NCBI GenBank assembly: GCA_043228905.1
Contig: JBHGNT010000009.1
Coordinates: 3,038,001-3,102,000, forward strand
Direction of reading: 5' to 3'
Length of the DNA stretch: 64,000 nucleotides
From: Azolla caroliniana
Taxonomy: Eukaryota > Plantae > Polypodiophyta
The notes beneath the pieces were generated by a model that was not told the DNA's origin, made no database searches, and saw only the letters and a list, made by a program, of their open reading frames with translations. Both the position numbers and the translations under genes were made by a program. Positions 40,166 through 54,300 of this stretch are shown here, one piece after another (the stretch's first letter is position 1; every line of letters begins with the position of its first letter).

Positions 40166-41869
40166 TGATGATGAAGGAGAAGGAGAAGGAGAAGGAGAAG
40201 GAAAAAGGTGTGTGATGAAATGAAATGGAGGGATGATGGTATTTATAATACGAGAAAAACACTTCATGCTCGGCCTCCATACGTCATGGGCCTTGACTTT
40301 GCATGCCCATGTACGAGAGATTCTCGCGGCATCTAGGGAGAGAACGACAGACATCATGTGTCGATTTTATCGACTAACTAACTACTTACCTTGTACTCCT
40401 AACGAACAAACGAGTGTACACAATCGATGTCAATAAATGCCCTCGCTCATGATCACACGTACTTATTGGATCGTAGTTTTTGTCCCTTTTTTTTTTTTAA
40501 CAAGCATGGCGATGTGTGGCCGATGAGCATGCCAACAACTACATAGATTGATAGAACTAGAACGAGAAACCTTAAGCGTCCACGAAGACGTCACTCTTGA
40601 CCTATACACAAAAAGTTTCTTTATGCACATCTCTTTCCTAAAAAGTGTCCATGTGTGATTAGTGCACTCGGCATGTGAGTGCAACCTAAGTTATCATTAC
40701 TTCTTAATATGTCTCATGAATCACAATCTATGTTGAGCATGTATAAAGCAAGTACATGTACATATATGTATGTCTGTGTGTGTTGGTTCACTCATATTGA
40801 TATTCTTGTATCTCTTTATCCGTAAATTCACCTTTAACATGGCGCTTTAGGAATCATACACCTTTTATTTTTCTTTGGATATCCATACCATGAATTTGTT
40901 GATACTTCATAGATTTGTCTCATAGGCAACTTTGGCCTCGTGTAGACATTACTATATGTATATATTTCTTTATCGTTTTGTCTCACATTGTCTTCTTTCA
41001 AGGTTCACAAGACATAATTGACTACACAATTATGTATGTCCCTTTCCTTGTTTACCCCATATTCTCTTTCTTGAATAGTTAATGTCACAAACTAGTGTAG
41101 ATTTGAGAGGTCTACTCCAATCCTATTTATTTTTTCCAACCGTAAATGGCAATGTGCATAAACTCTTGTTGACGTAGACACTTCATTCTCTGATTATGAA
41201 GTATGAATATTACCGTTCTTATTTATGATGCAACTAGGGCTACCTTATTGGTAACCCAAGTTTTTCTTCTAAATGTACTAATCAATCCACGACATAGTGA
41301 TTTCCTACTTACCCTAGCAGATCAGGCAAAAACGTACTATATTAATGACACCTCTTATCACTTCATCTTGTGCTTGGATTTTAATTTTTCACATGATGTA
41401 GTTCATATCAGATAACATTATCCATATATTTTATTTCTAACTTGTGTGTTGTGCCAATGTGTTTATCAATGTTGGTCATATAAATTTATGGTGATATTGC
41501 CAATAAATATCTTGCTATGCTAGAGGCATAACAAAGAACATTTGATGGTATTTGATCTTCTTTGAGCTCAATTCTAATGAGAAGCAAAATGTGTCGCATG
41601 TGGTTGGTACTGTAATTTGACAATCAACACATTTGATGATTTGACGACATTGGTGAAAACATTTTTTAATCTCAAATATAAATTGCAAAGATATATCAAA
41701 ATGGTGCTTCATAGGAGTTCGGTTGGCTCAAAACTAATCTTAAGTGCTCACTTCTAGATTATCATATTTCAAAATTATCAAGATTTATGCAGTTTGAGTA
41801 AGTGTTAAATGGTGAATTATCTAAGCAATTTTTGAAAATATCCTTGTTCAAAATGGTTAGTCATAAGAA

Positions 41870-42068
41870 CTAATAAAAAACTTAATAAACCTTTAACCCA
41901 AACCACTCAAACTTATAAACCAACAAAGCTGAGTTTTAGAACCGAACCGAACCGTTTGTTAATAATAAGCTAAACCAAACCAAACCAAACCAAACTATTT
42001 AATTATTTTGGAACTAATAAACCATGGCTTTACTGGTACGGTTCAGTTTGAGTTGAAATTGGGCCCAT
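41870..42068 (-). repeat. AACCG/AACCA-rich MITE-like terminal segment
   Basis: Reverse complement aligns to 45721-45920. Confidence 0.6.
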
Positions 42069-45000
42069 AGTTTATTATCAATCGAAATCTCTATAACCTT
42101 TGAATGATTAGGAAAATATCATAAATGGTTTGCACATATAGGAAGGGAAATATCAATTATGCCTTTGGTACATCTAGTACTAAAACATTTTTTCATCATG
42201 CCAAACTGTAGAAAGAGAAAAAAGAAAAAAGGAAGAAAGGGATATGTATGTTTCTATATATTTATTTTTTAAATAACACTAAAACTAATCAAGCTTTAAG
42301 AAAATTATTCTTCTCTTTTTGTTGTTTGATAGACGAAAGTTTTTATATCATGAAGAATACTAGAGGTATTTATTGGCCCTTATATATGGGGTATTTATAC
42401 CGAGAATAATCATAAGGTATTTGAGTAAGAGCTTACCCATAAATATTGGATGGTCCCACAAACAATTGAGTTTTTGATGCATGTGCTTCACCACTTCGAT
42501 TAACCATTGGCTAACATATAATGCTAACGTAAGTGGTTGTGTTCATGAAGAAGTGGCAACCATACTTAGAGATGCATTACTTTTGTGAACAAGAACCACA
42601 TTGCTAATTTAGTTGCATGATTGCTTTGCCTCTAATTTATGTAGGGAAATATTTATCAAAAAGGAGATACAATAATGTATTCACAAGGAATGGATAGCAA
42701 TCATTAGGGGATCTAAGTCTTCCATGCAACGAAAAAATAGCACTATACTAATCAATGGTTGCTTTAATGTTATTGAAAGTTTTGACATTTGTTAGATGTC
42801 TTTTTCATTAGACAAATGCAATAGCTCAAATCCTTGAGAAATCAATTATGATGTTTTGTTATGGCATAGTCTCAAAACTTCTAAATCCCTTGAGAAGATC
42901 AAAGTCCAAATAGAAATTTTTGTTGTTGGATGCAAAAGAAACATGTTTTTATCAAGCCAAATATACAATCCATTGAATCAGATATTAAAAATTTCTCGAA
43001 TCAAAACTTCCTCTATTTAGGTCATCATTAGAAATAATTGTCCTATGGTGGAAATTTTCATTCCATCAAAAGATCACCTGGAAGAGTGCCATTTTACAAC
43101 GAAACAAATGGTGGCAAAACGAAGATAGGGCTTCGTCTATTATGTACAAACATGCCTTAAGTGGCATAGTCCTTGTGCTCATTTAAGAGGAAGCACACGT
43201 GACAACATGTAGAGCATCCTTAGGCCTAATAGTAGAAGGCCAAACAATTTGAAAACAATATGTAGTGTAACGGTGAAGGCATGTTAATGAAAACACTAAC
43301 ATAACTAATAAGTAGCTAAGAAGATGATATCTAATTAGTTATTGTTTTAGTTGTTCTTTAGTGGGTGGATCTTAAAGATAAATACCATTAATTATGTGGA
43401 GTGAAATATGGGAATACCCAAGTTTTTGAATTTGAAAATTGGAGTTTTGTGCACTTATGTTTGGGCATTTAATGTCAACACACTCCCTCAGCATCTTCAA
43501 TATTGCATTGAAGTTCAAATAGATGGAGCATTGTGAACATGAATGTAAAAGGACTCCATGCATCAATAAGAAAACACATAAATCAATAGATAGCCTAGTA
43601 AAGCCGATTTATAAGAGGACCTCATTGCCTTTTCATCTAGATAGTTATCAATATATATAATATATAATATATATATCTGACTTTATTTGTTTTTGTTTCT
43701 AAAAATCTAACCACTGATAGGTTTTGTTTTCTTGTTGATTTTGACAAAGTTGTCACAATGATACATGAGGATGTCACGCAAGTCGCAATCTAACAAGATA
43801 ATTTGACTATTCCTAGTGAATAGGGTTTATGTAGAATCATTTAGTGATTTCACTCAAATATTCATACATTTAGGGCACACACATAATTAGGGTTTTGGTT
43901 AGAAGCAAACACTTACAAGTATGCAATGGTGGTTATTAGTTAACAAACATACATTTCTCTTTAGGGCTAAAATTAGATTTTAATAGATTTCTAGGTAGGG
44001 TTAGAATCAAATTCTTATAGATTTGCAAATAGGATTAAAATCAAAATCCAATACATATGTAGATAAGGTTTCAATCATATTGTGAAGGTATATAGATAGG
44101 GTTAAAATCATATTCTAATAGGTACGTAAATAGGGCTAGACTAAGATCATGACATATATATAGTTAGGGTTAGAGTCACATATGCAGTATGTACAATTAG
44201 ATTCTATATGGTACATATAGATGTTTTCATAATCTAAATATATTAGTTAAGTTTGAATGCAGGTGGCTAATTCCTCCCTATCCTAAGGTGTTCAATTATC
44301 ACAAGTTCTATGAGATAAATGATGATTTTCTACTTTGTATATGGTCATTCACTATGTGGTATTGACCATTGCAGTAGTAGCTGCAAAGATGATATTTGAT
44401 CTAGACTGGTTGTTAATTTATAACGCAACTAAAGTAAGGGGGTAGGTGACGATAAAGCATATATGTTGTGAATTTTATTACACTTACATGATGATTCATC
44501 AAAAAGTTTATCAAGTTATTACCATTAATAACAAGCTATCATTTGCCTTCACAAGGGCATTTGCATACAAAAACTGTTAAGGAAGCTATTAATAAAGAGA
44601 AGTACATGATAGCATGGGCCATCAATAGAGAGGCTATGGAATGCAAGGTCAGTATGGTTTTCACGGAAATAAGGAGAAAGGAGGGAAGGGTCTCTAATGG
44701 CCAAGAAAGGAGGGAAGGGTCTCTAAGTATCTGAATTATTGAGAGAATTTGAAAAGAAGTACATTGAGCTCTCGGTGTGGGATTGAGAGCTTCTTCAGTC
44801 ATAGAAGGTAGATTTGTTCGTCCAAATTGCTTTGAAGGGGGGCATTGCGGATGGAAGACCACGAGGAAACCTCGAAGAAGATGGGAAGATTCATTTGCTA
44901 GAAACTCAAACGCCACTTCGATTCAACTTTGAAAAAGGTGGAATGAGAAAGTTAATGGAGAATGCTGAAGCCAACATGAAATGCATTGCATGCATAACCA

Positions 45001-45720
45001 TAATTTATCCCATGTTAGTTTTTATCATAGTATTCTACACACTAGGATGAAAGTGTGAGGGTCAATCGAGAGTGTAAAGAAAGGAGGATTACACTTAATC
45101 CTAGGGATTGATACAACACATAAGGGACAAGTATGAACTTGATTTGGGGCCATAGATCTGGCTATAATTATGACGACTAGCTATCCTCATTACATACATT
45201 ATTTGGCTACGTCGACACTATGATCTTGTGGTGAACATACTCTTGTGACGAGCATTTGTCAATACTAGTTATGACTCAATGCCATGACAATGGTATGGGA
45301 TGTTATTCAAGAAGATTAAGAAGAATCTCATAAAACCCTAATGGTGCAATCTTGAAACTCAAAATGAGCGACCTGAAACAAGCCCTCTTCCCCTCCTTTT
45401 ATAGAGAAGGAAACATTGCTATAACCACTATATCTTTGAACATTGCTAGTAGCAATTTGAACTTTGCACTACTTGTATTTCATTAATAGCTCTAACCACC
45501 ATATCTTTTTGCTATATTTCAGTGGTTGTTGCTGGACCCCTTTTTTCTATCGACTTTCTATCGACCACGATAATGTTGCCCAAAATAATGAATTAATCGA
45601 CCAACTACATAATTTTGACATGCAATAGAAATGTTTTTGAACATTTGATACAACAATTCTTTGAGTCCTCCGACCTTGCAACAACCCCACTTAGCCCTAA
45701 ACTTGATGCAACTAGTAGCA

Positions 45721-45920
45721 ATGGGCTCGGTTTCGGCTCAAACCAAACAGAACCGTTAAGCCATACTTTAAAGGTTTATAAGTTCCAAAATAATTAAATG
45801 ATTTGGTTTGGTTTTAATGATTAATAAACGGTTCGGTTTTAATTTGGTTTGGTTCTGAAACTGGGGTTTATTGATTTATAGGTTTAAGTGGTTTGGTTTA
45901 AAGGTTTTTAGGTTTTTGGG
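45721..45920 (+). repeat. AACCG/AACCA-rich MITE-like terminal segment (second copy)
   Basis: Shares GTTCCAAAATAATTAAAT and AAACGGTTCGG with the reverse complement of 41870-42068. Confidence 0.6.
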
Positions 45921-45979
45921 GCAACCTTTTTTATCCCTTACATGTTTATGTAATTTAATTATGGTTTAATTAATGATAG

Positions 45980-47780
45980 AGAGTTAGGTCGGAAGTTGAA
46001 GGTTATCCGAACCGACACAGGTGGCAAATATAGAGGGCAATTCGAAGAGTACTGCAAGGCCCAAGGTATTCGAATCAAATACACAGTGCCGAAGATCCCT
46101 GAGTTAAATGGGCTTGCAGAGAGGATGATTCAGACGATTATGGAGAGAGTGAGAACCATGCTGTCACATGCTAAGCTACCAAAATCATATTGGGTTGAGG
46201 TGATGTATACGACTATTTATCTTATCAACAGATCTCCCTCAGTGCCATTGAAAGGTGATGTCCCATAGAGGATGTGGACAGGAAAGGAAGTCTTCTACCA
46301 ACACCTGAGGGTGTTCGGATGTTTGATGTATGTATGTGGCTAAAGATTAGAGGTCGAAGCTCGATAGTAAGTCGAAACCATGCATATTCCTTGGGTAGTC
46401 AAAGGATGAGTTCGGCTATAGGCTGTGGGACTTAGTCGACAAGAAGATAGTGAGGATTCGGGATATAGTCTTCTTGGAAGACAAGACAATCGAGGCAACA
46501 GAAGTTAGAATCAACCTCCCAGTCGATTCCCATTATCGTCGACTCAAGACCAGACGAACTAACACAATCGACTATTCGGAGACAGTCAGTCGGCACATCC
46601 GAATCCAAGTCGGTCGACTTAGAGCAACCGACCAATACATATGAGTTGCAGTTAGCAAATCTATTGAAGTCGATCAAAGAATACGAGTCGGACTCAACTA
46701 ATCCAGAACAACCGATCGACATGTATGAACCTGAGCCGAATGAAGAGTTGGTAGGACCAACCGACCTTGAGCTGACAATAGGAGGAAGGAGATATCCACT
46801 AAGGGAAAGGAGAGCACTAACTACATATGCCAGTTAATACATTCTCTTGACTGATGAAGGTGAGCTTGAGTGCTATGATAAAGCCATGGCTGACGAGCAC
46901 AAGGAGAAATGGAAGAGTGCAATGCAAGAAGAGATGGACTCCTTTGAGGAAAATTACAATCACAACTTGGTAGAGTTACTAAAAGGTAGGAGAGCAGTTA
47001 GGAATAAATGGGTCTATAAAGTAAAGATTGGAGAAGTCGACAACGCACCCAGATATAAAGCCCGCATTATGGTGAAGGGGTTTCAATAGAAAAAGGGTGT
47101 CGGCTTTCACGAAATATTCACACCAGTCGTAAAGATGACATCAATCTGAATTGTTCTGAGCATACCTGTCAGTATGGACCTAGAGATCGAACAATTGGAC
47201 GACAAGACAACATTCTTGCACGAAGAGCTTATTTGGATGAGAAATTTCCTTAGTGAGTTGGGAATGAAGCAAAGAGAGTTCTTGCTTCATTGTGACATTT
47301 AGAGCGCCATACATCTAGCCGAGAATGCTGCGTACCACTCCCGAACCAAACATATACAGAGGAGGTATCACTAGTTGCCGGAGAAAGTGGAAGAAGGAGA
47401 GTTTACCCTTGTGATGATCCATACTTATGACAATGGATCCGACATTCTCACGAAGAACCTACCGATGGACACACTCAGAGTCTGTCGAAAGAGGACAGGA
47501 ATAATTGACCCCACCCATAGTAGTGAAGGGGGAGTTTCTTCGGAATATGTCCCTCCTGTGGGAGGTGCCGACTATTCAACTGAGTAAGAGCTGACAGTCG
47601 AAGATGCGGAGAGTCGACTAGGAGAGTTGATAGTATAAGTGATCCAAGTCGAAGACATGACAAACTAGTCAGGCCGACTGGATGGTCGACGATAAGGCCG
47701 ACTAGTCGGGCCTATTGGACAATCGACACTGGAGTCAGCTAGTCGAATTGATTAGTTGATCAATTGGCTGATTAGCGACT
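45980..47780 (+). mobile_element. Ty1/copia 3' portion: integrase, partial RT, RNase H, PPT and LTR start
   Basis: IRTDTGGKY, NGLAERM, NKWVYKVK..RYKAR, YHSRTKHI, SDILTK; TGAAGGGGGAG near 47524. Confidence 0.85.
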
Positions 47781-47809
47781 GTTACTGTTATTATTAGTTA
47801 ATAATAGTA

Positions 47810-48376
47810 ACAGACATATTTGTAAATAGCCCATATACCAGCTGACGACTCCGACAACATATCTGATGTCCGACGTGGTGCAGACCATCGCGTACATCAA
47901 GCTTCCAACTACTGAGGCATATGGAGCCTTGCTCATCTCAACCCTCTCTGTTTTCCTCTTCAGACATTCTCTCTTGGAAAACTTGCAATTTGTTGACAAT
48001 GTCGAGCCGACTAGCTTCACGTTTTCCATGTTGAGTCTCTGGAGCACCTTTGTCACGTATTTCTCCTGTCATAGCTACAACAACTTCTTTAACTTGTCCC
48101 TGACAATGTGCATTCCTAGGGCTTGCTTTGCCGAACCTATATCCTTCATCGCGAACAACTTGCTTAGGGTCTTTTTCAAGCTTTCGATTTTCTTCAGGTC
48201 CTATCCAACAATCAACATGTCATCAACGTCCAACAAGAGGATCAGGAAGTCTCCTCCTTCATAGTGGTCGGCTTGGGTCTTGTGGAAGTCATGATCTACC
48301 AAGAAGGACTCGAATTTCTGGTACCATTGTTAGGGTGCTTGCTTCAGGCCGTACAAGCTTTTCCTTAGATGGCATA
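47810..48376 (-). pseudogene. Ty1/copia RT central fragment, inverted
   Basis: CHLRKSLYGLKQAP, LLDVDDMLI, PYASVVGSLMYAMVCT. Confidence 0.85.
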
Positions 48377-48995
48377 TGTTAGCCGGTCGGCTACCAAGGA
48401 TCGGAAGGTTGGAGTCGAACAAGTGTGGAAACAAGTCGGGGTCAGATTGCCAAAGTGGATCGATGAGTTAGAAAATAGAACTAAATATAGGTTAATATTT
48501 TGCTAGGTAGTAAAATAGTATATAGTTAGTTGAAAAAGTATTGTCGTAGTTCTTGCCGAACATGGCAAGTGTAAATCTTGGAAGAGAGACTCTCGGATCA
48601 CCTATAATAAGGGACTGAGAGCATTGTAATTTGATTGTTCTATTTTTTGTTTTATTATAAGTTAGTAGTTAGTTATCTATTGTGTCAACTATAATATTTT
48701 ATTGTATGCTTAACGGTTTTGTGTCTGTGTCGAACTTCTGGTTACCACACTTGCTAATTACCATATTAAATTGAATAGTCGTTCATCAAATACTTAGCAA
48801 CCAGAGTAGTGTTTTCTGTAAATCAAGCCCGAGTATAGACTAGTACTAGTAATCCAATTTCTTACCACAATCATCTTGACAAAACGTTCAAGGAAGAACG
48901 TTTGACCTATTGTGTCTATCTTGTTACACAGGAGTCGACTGTCGGCAGATCAACACAATATTTTGGCACGCCCGGTGGGACTCGAACCCACAATC
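48377..48995 (+). mobile_element. LTR (48377-48955) followed by a 32-nt antisense tRNA-Arg copy (48964-48995)
   Basis: TGTTAG...CAACA; TGGCACGCCCGGTGGGACTCGAACCCACAATC is the reverse complement of a T-arm + acceptor strand + CCA. Confidence 0.8.
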
Positions 48996-48999
48996 CCTT

Positions 49000-50110
49000 G
49001 ATGACAACATTTGCCACCGAATGGGGAGTATTCGTGGTAGTGGTGAATCTGATGTTGGGATTAGGAAAAGACATCGTTCACCACCGAATGGGGAGTATTT
49101 CTTGGTAGTGGTGATGATGTTTGTCTTGAAAACAACTTCGATGACATTTCAGAGAGTCATCTAAGAAATTTTTTCAGATTATATACCAACATTTATGTAG
49201 GTATTCTTGGACGATTTTGGAGTTTATAGCAGGAAACCCGACCATTTTGAACATCTCTGACTATGCTTAGAATAGTGTCGCCAAGGTTGACTTAGTCTGA
49301 ATCCAACTAAATGTGCATTCGGTGTAACGAGTGGTACGTTGCTTGGCCATATCGTCAGTCAAGAAGGTATTACTGTCGACCCAAACAAAGTGAAAGCTAT
49401 AACGGAGGCTCCATCGCCAACAAATGCCAAAAGCTTGAGTAGATTTTTGGGTCAAATAAGATGGCATAGTCGAATGATTTGGTACCTAGTTGATGTGGCC
49501 ACACCTCTACATGCGATAGTACACAAAGTACCTCTTCAATGGACAACTGCCGAACAAGATGCGTACGACTATCTCAAGAAGATGTTGACAAAGGTACCAG
49601 TCGTACAACCACCCGTTTGGGAAAAATGATTTTCATGTCTTTGTGGACGCTTCCGATGTCGCAATCGAAAGTTCTTTAATGCAGTTGTCGGAGCTGAACT
49701 GGTACCAGTCAGTATACTATGCGAGTCCGAAATTATCAACTGCTGAACACAATTATTCGACAACCGAACGTGAGGCTCTCAGAATGGTCTATAACATTAA
49801 CAAATTCCGACATTATCAGTGGGGTTGAAAATTCACATTTCATGTCGATCATTCGACATTATTGTACTTAGTCTCCAAACAAGAATTAATAGGTAAATTG
49901 GCCAGGTAAATTCAAATTCGATATAATTCATCGACCAGGGGTCCAACATGCAGTAGCTGAGTATCTCAATCCACTAGAATATGAAGTGCTAGGTACAGGA
50001 GTGGATGATGATTTTCCCAATGCACAACTCTTCCGAGTCGGCACAGTGGTTTCGATTGAAGTAGACGAAGAGACGACTAATTTATGGATCACGGAAATGT
50101 CAATCACAAT
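49000..50110 (+). pseudogene. gypsy RT/RNase H fragment, same family as 10216-13706
   Basis: TEWGVF, LGHIVSQEGI, DASDVAI, NYSTTEREAL. Confidence 0.85.
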
Positions 50111-50119
50111 CTCTATATG

Positions 50120-50172
<53 letters not shown>

Positions 50173-50435
50173 AAAGCTCTCTGTAAGTTCACTCCGGCCA
50201 TCTTTTTCTACGTTCTATAGCTCGTTAGAAAGCTCTTTGAGAGAGCTTTCTAAAGAATGTTCATTTATTGAATTCCGTTACCACGGCGAGAAGTTATGAG
50301 CATTTTCATCCGCAGCCATCTTTGCCCCACGGTTCCTCAAACGGAAGGTAGATTTTGATGCCCTAAATCGAGTGAAAGGTACATTCTCTCTCCTTCCCTC
50401 TCTATCTCTCTTTTCCCGTAGGGTTTGTCCCTACA

Positions 50436-51305
50436 ATGGCAAATACTCGTAAAATCGCCGCAAAGTTCGGGGGTATGATTGATAATGAGCCGAGATCACC
50501 AACAAATCTCGATTCTAATGCAATGGACAAAATGCTTATGAGTCACTTGATTTCTCTTCAAGAAACCATAAACAAGCAAGGTGAAGAGATTAGGATGTTA
50601 ATGAAAGAGAATACTAAGCTCCAAAGTGTTGTCATTGAGAATGAAAGTCTTAAACAAGTGGTTGCAAAACTTCAAGAAGAGATTCAAGAATGTAAAAGAG
50701 CTTCTTTTGAAACAAATGAGCGCCTTAACAAGATTGAGTTAAAGGAAACATTAAAAGAAGAAAAATTGGACATGATGAGGCGGGATGTAAGTGAGATGAA
50801 AAATGTATGTACAACGAAGTCATGGGCCGATGTATGTGGTGGGGATGTGTTATCAAACTCATCTAATATGCATGTGATGCATCAAGAGAAGAATATAGAA
50901 AGCATAGATGTCCGAGAATTGAAAGAACGTGAACGACGATCAAAGAACGTTGCCGTCCATGGGATTAAAGAAGAGAGTATGGAAACACCCGCATCCCTTG
51001 GAAAGGCCATTGGTGAATTTTTTAGCATGCATTATGGGATGTCAGATGTGAATGTTTATGGGGCACACCGAGTTGGGAAACATGGTGTTACTCGCTTTGG
51101 AGAAAGGCCTATTGTATGCACAATGACAGATGATACAAAGCGGCGAATCATACTCGAAAATAGTTGGGTATACCTCAAAGGTACACAATGCTTTGTGAGT
51201 GAAGATCGTACTATCTCACAACAAAATGCTTGTCGTAAAGCATATGAAGAAAGATTGAAAAACAAGGTTAAGGATGTGCCTAAAGATGGAAATGTAGGCA
51301 AATAG
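50436..51305 (+). CDS. LINE ORF1 (coiled coil plus RRM-like domain)
   Basis: 289 aa intact; ERERRSKNVAVHGIKE, AHRVGK, RPIVC, FVSEDRT. Confidence 0.8.
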   Translation: MANTRKIAAKFGGMIDNEPRSPTNLDSNAMDKMLMSHLISLQETINKQGEEIRMLMKENTKLQSVVIENESLKQVVAKLQEEIQECKRASFETNERLNKIELKETLKEEKLDMMRRDVSEMKNVCTTKSWADVCGGDVLSNSSNMHVMHQEKNIESIDVRELKERERRSKNVAVHGIKEESMETPASLGKAIGEFFSMHYGMSDVNVYGAHRVGKHGVTRFGERPIVCTMTDDTKRRIILENSWVYLKGTQCFVSEDRTISQQNACRKAYEERLKNKVKDVPKDGNVGK

Positions 51306-51311
51306 GGACAC

Positions 51312-54300
51312 GTGATCTATGAGACTAACCCATGCCTTTTACGACTATGCTTTTGGAATTGCAATGGATACCCATGGAATGCGGGATTTGGCATAGAGGA
51401 GTTCACTGATGACTCGGATATCACACTTCTTGTTGAAACATGGGAGCATGATACTCAAAGGATTCAAGGTTTAGGAAACTATAATGTACACTCTTTGATA
51501 TGGAAGAAAAATCCAAGACAAAGAAGAGGACAAGGAGGGGTGACATGTTTGATTAAGAAGGAAATAGAGAAATATGTGTCAATCATAAAAAATGATGAAA
51601 ATAAAGGCTACATATGGCTCAAAATAGAAACACCTAATGATTTGCCCACTTTTGTAGTTGGATGTTACATTCCTCATCAAGATTCTAACTTTTATGCTTA
51701 TTTGGATAAAGATCAACCATTTGCCAATATAGAAGATGATATTGCTTATTTCAAATCCAAAGGGGAAGTTATTGTCTTTGGTGACATGAATGCTCGTACA
51801 AGAAGTTTCCAACTTGACTCACAAGAATATTTCATGCCACATATCTCAAGGATGCAAGAGGATATGCAAATGTATAACCGCTCTTCTAGCGATGAAAAAG
51901 ATCCGGACCAATTTGGGAAGTTACTCCTACAAATGTGCAATAGTACCGGATTGCTTATTGCAAATGGTATTTCCTTATGGCCCAACACTAATGGTTTTAC
52001 ATGTAGAAAACACAATGACAATAGTGTAATTGATTATGTGCTACTTTTCGAAGGTATTTTGGATCGTATACATAAATTCTCACTTGGTGAATGGACACCG
52101 GAATCCGATCATAGGCCTTTATGTATTGATCTCAAATGTATGCATAGGTTTGATTGTGAGAAGGCTATTGAAGATAATAAACAACCGCACTTGAGCATGA
52201 ACCTTAAGCGAGCACCCATGTATTCCAAGATGGTTGAGGATATGTTACAAATGACAAAGATACAACATGGTGTCACACTAGAATGCAAATGGGAAGCTTT
52301 CAAGAAAGTCATTCTCTCATGTACAAACAAATGTTTTTCGACCAATCGCACATCTTGGAAATGCACCAAGAAACTTAGGAAAAAATGGTTTGATAAAGAA
52401 TGTCGTGAAGCTCGAAAGTGCCTTATGATTTTGGATATAGTTAAGGATAAAGAGATTTACCAAAAGCATTTGCATGAGTATAAAAGACTTATTCAAAGAA
52501 CGAGAAGAATATGGGAAGTTACTCAACAATTTATCCAAACGCAAGAGAAAGCACATGCATGTGCTAAATTTTGGGGAAATCTAAAGGGAAAACGTGTTGA
52601 GAGTTATGGTGACTTAACTCTTCACGACTTGTCTATGCATTGTAAGAATTTATATGAGTTATCACTTGCCGGAAAGATGATGTGTTATGGTTCTCTTTCA
52701 CATATGCCTCCCTTCTTTACAATTGAAGATATATGCATAGGACTTAAGAAATTGGCCTCTCGAAAGGCAAGTGATCTTCAATGTATAAAGGTTGAAATGC
52801 TCAAATGGACGGGAAAGGAAGCACATATATGGATAAGCGATATGTTTAATGATGCATTGCAACATGGTATGCCATACGATTGGACTACAAATTGGATCAA
52901 ACCTTTACATAAAGGTGGAGATATAAATAATGTAAACAATTATCGAACCATCATGGTTGGCTCATTAATGGCAAAACTATTTGGATGTATAATGGAATCA
53001 AAGATAAGTGTATGGGCTGAAAAAAGTGGTAAGAGAGCTTATGGACAAGCTGGCTTTTGGAAATACCATAGCACCATTGATCACCTTATCACCCTTCGAG
53101 TATTAATGGAGGAAAGTCACCTTAGAGGTAAAGGTTTATATTGTTGCTTTGTAGACTTCAAGAAAGCTTTTGATATGGTACCTCGTGAGCATCTTTGGAG
53201 GCGAATGGAAGAACTTGAGGTGCCAAGTGAATATATGCTTGCAATTTCCTGAATTTATGAGAAGGTTATATGTTGTGTGCGCATGAGAGATAAACTTTCA
53301 GATTTTTTCAAAAGCACTATTGGTGTTAAGCAAGGATGCCCACTCTCACCAACACTATTTGGTCTATGCATTGATGAATTGGACGGATTAGTTACCAAGT
53401 TTGCAAAGGAAGAATGTGTTGAAGAAGTTGTCATTGGGAATGTTGTGATTATGCTTTTGCTATATGCAGATGATGTAGTGCTTTTTGCAAATACTTTAGG
53501 AGATGCACAAAAGCTTATGAAGGCATTGGAAATTTTTTGCATGCATACTAAATTAAGTGTCAATAGCTCTAAAACAAAGATTATGCTTGTGAAGAGCCAA
53601 AAAAGAGATAAACCATGCATTACGTACAACAATGAGCCACTTGAATGTGTGGAAAGCTTCAAATATCTTGGCCTTGAAGTTCCTTCAAATCATAGATGGA
53701 ATGAATGTGCTACGTGCCGCTTAGAGGCGGGCAAGCAAACATACTATGCATTTGAGAACACATGCAATCTGGGAGATATTAAGTGTTGGGTCCTCAAGAA
53801 ATATCTTTTTGACACTTTGGTGACACCGGTTCTTCTCTATGGGGTGGAAGTATGGGGCGGTAACATCCCTAAATCTATGTGGAAAGAGTTTCTTACCAAG
53901 TTTCTACAAGTTAAGAAACAAACACCCTATACCCTCCTCCTCCTTGAGACGGGATCACTTCCCATTGAGATCATGGCCATGGAAAGGGTTGTTGAATACA
54001 TGCTTAAGGTTCAAAAAAGTTCCTCACATCGACTTCCTAGAATTGCGTGGGAAGCAAGCAAAAAGATCCAAAAGACACATAAAAGCAAAATTTTGTGTTC
54101 CGGTTGGATGCAAGATATAGAAAAATGGTTTGGTAGATGGGATGCGAGACACTTGCTTCATGATGCATCATTAGATTCCTCTGTAAATGAGGCATTCTTG
54201 CAACGCCAATGTATCATGACATGGGACAAATGTGGAGGCTCACGCTTCACACATTATACTACACATGTTGCACCTAACTACAAAACCATATTCTTTGCGG

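Noticed and set aside
41870-45920. Inverted repeats bounding a single 4-kb transposon
   Set aside because: The terminus-like ends face the intervening DNA and there is no TSD or transposase; two separate MITE-like fragments are more likely.
48964-48995. Functional tRNA-Arg gene
   Set aside because: Only the 3' 32 nt are present, with encoded CCA and at a PBS position.
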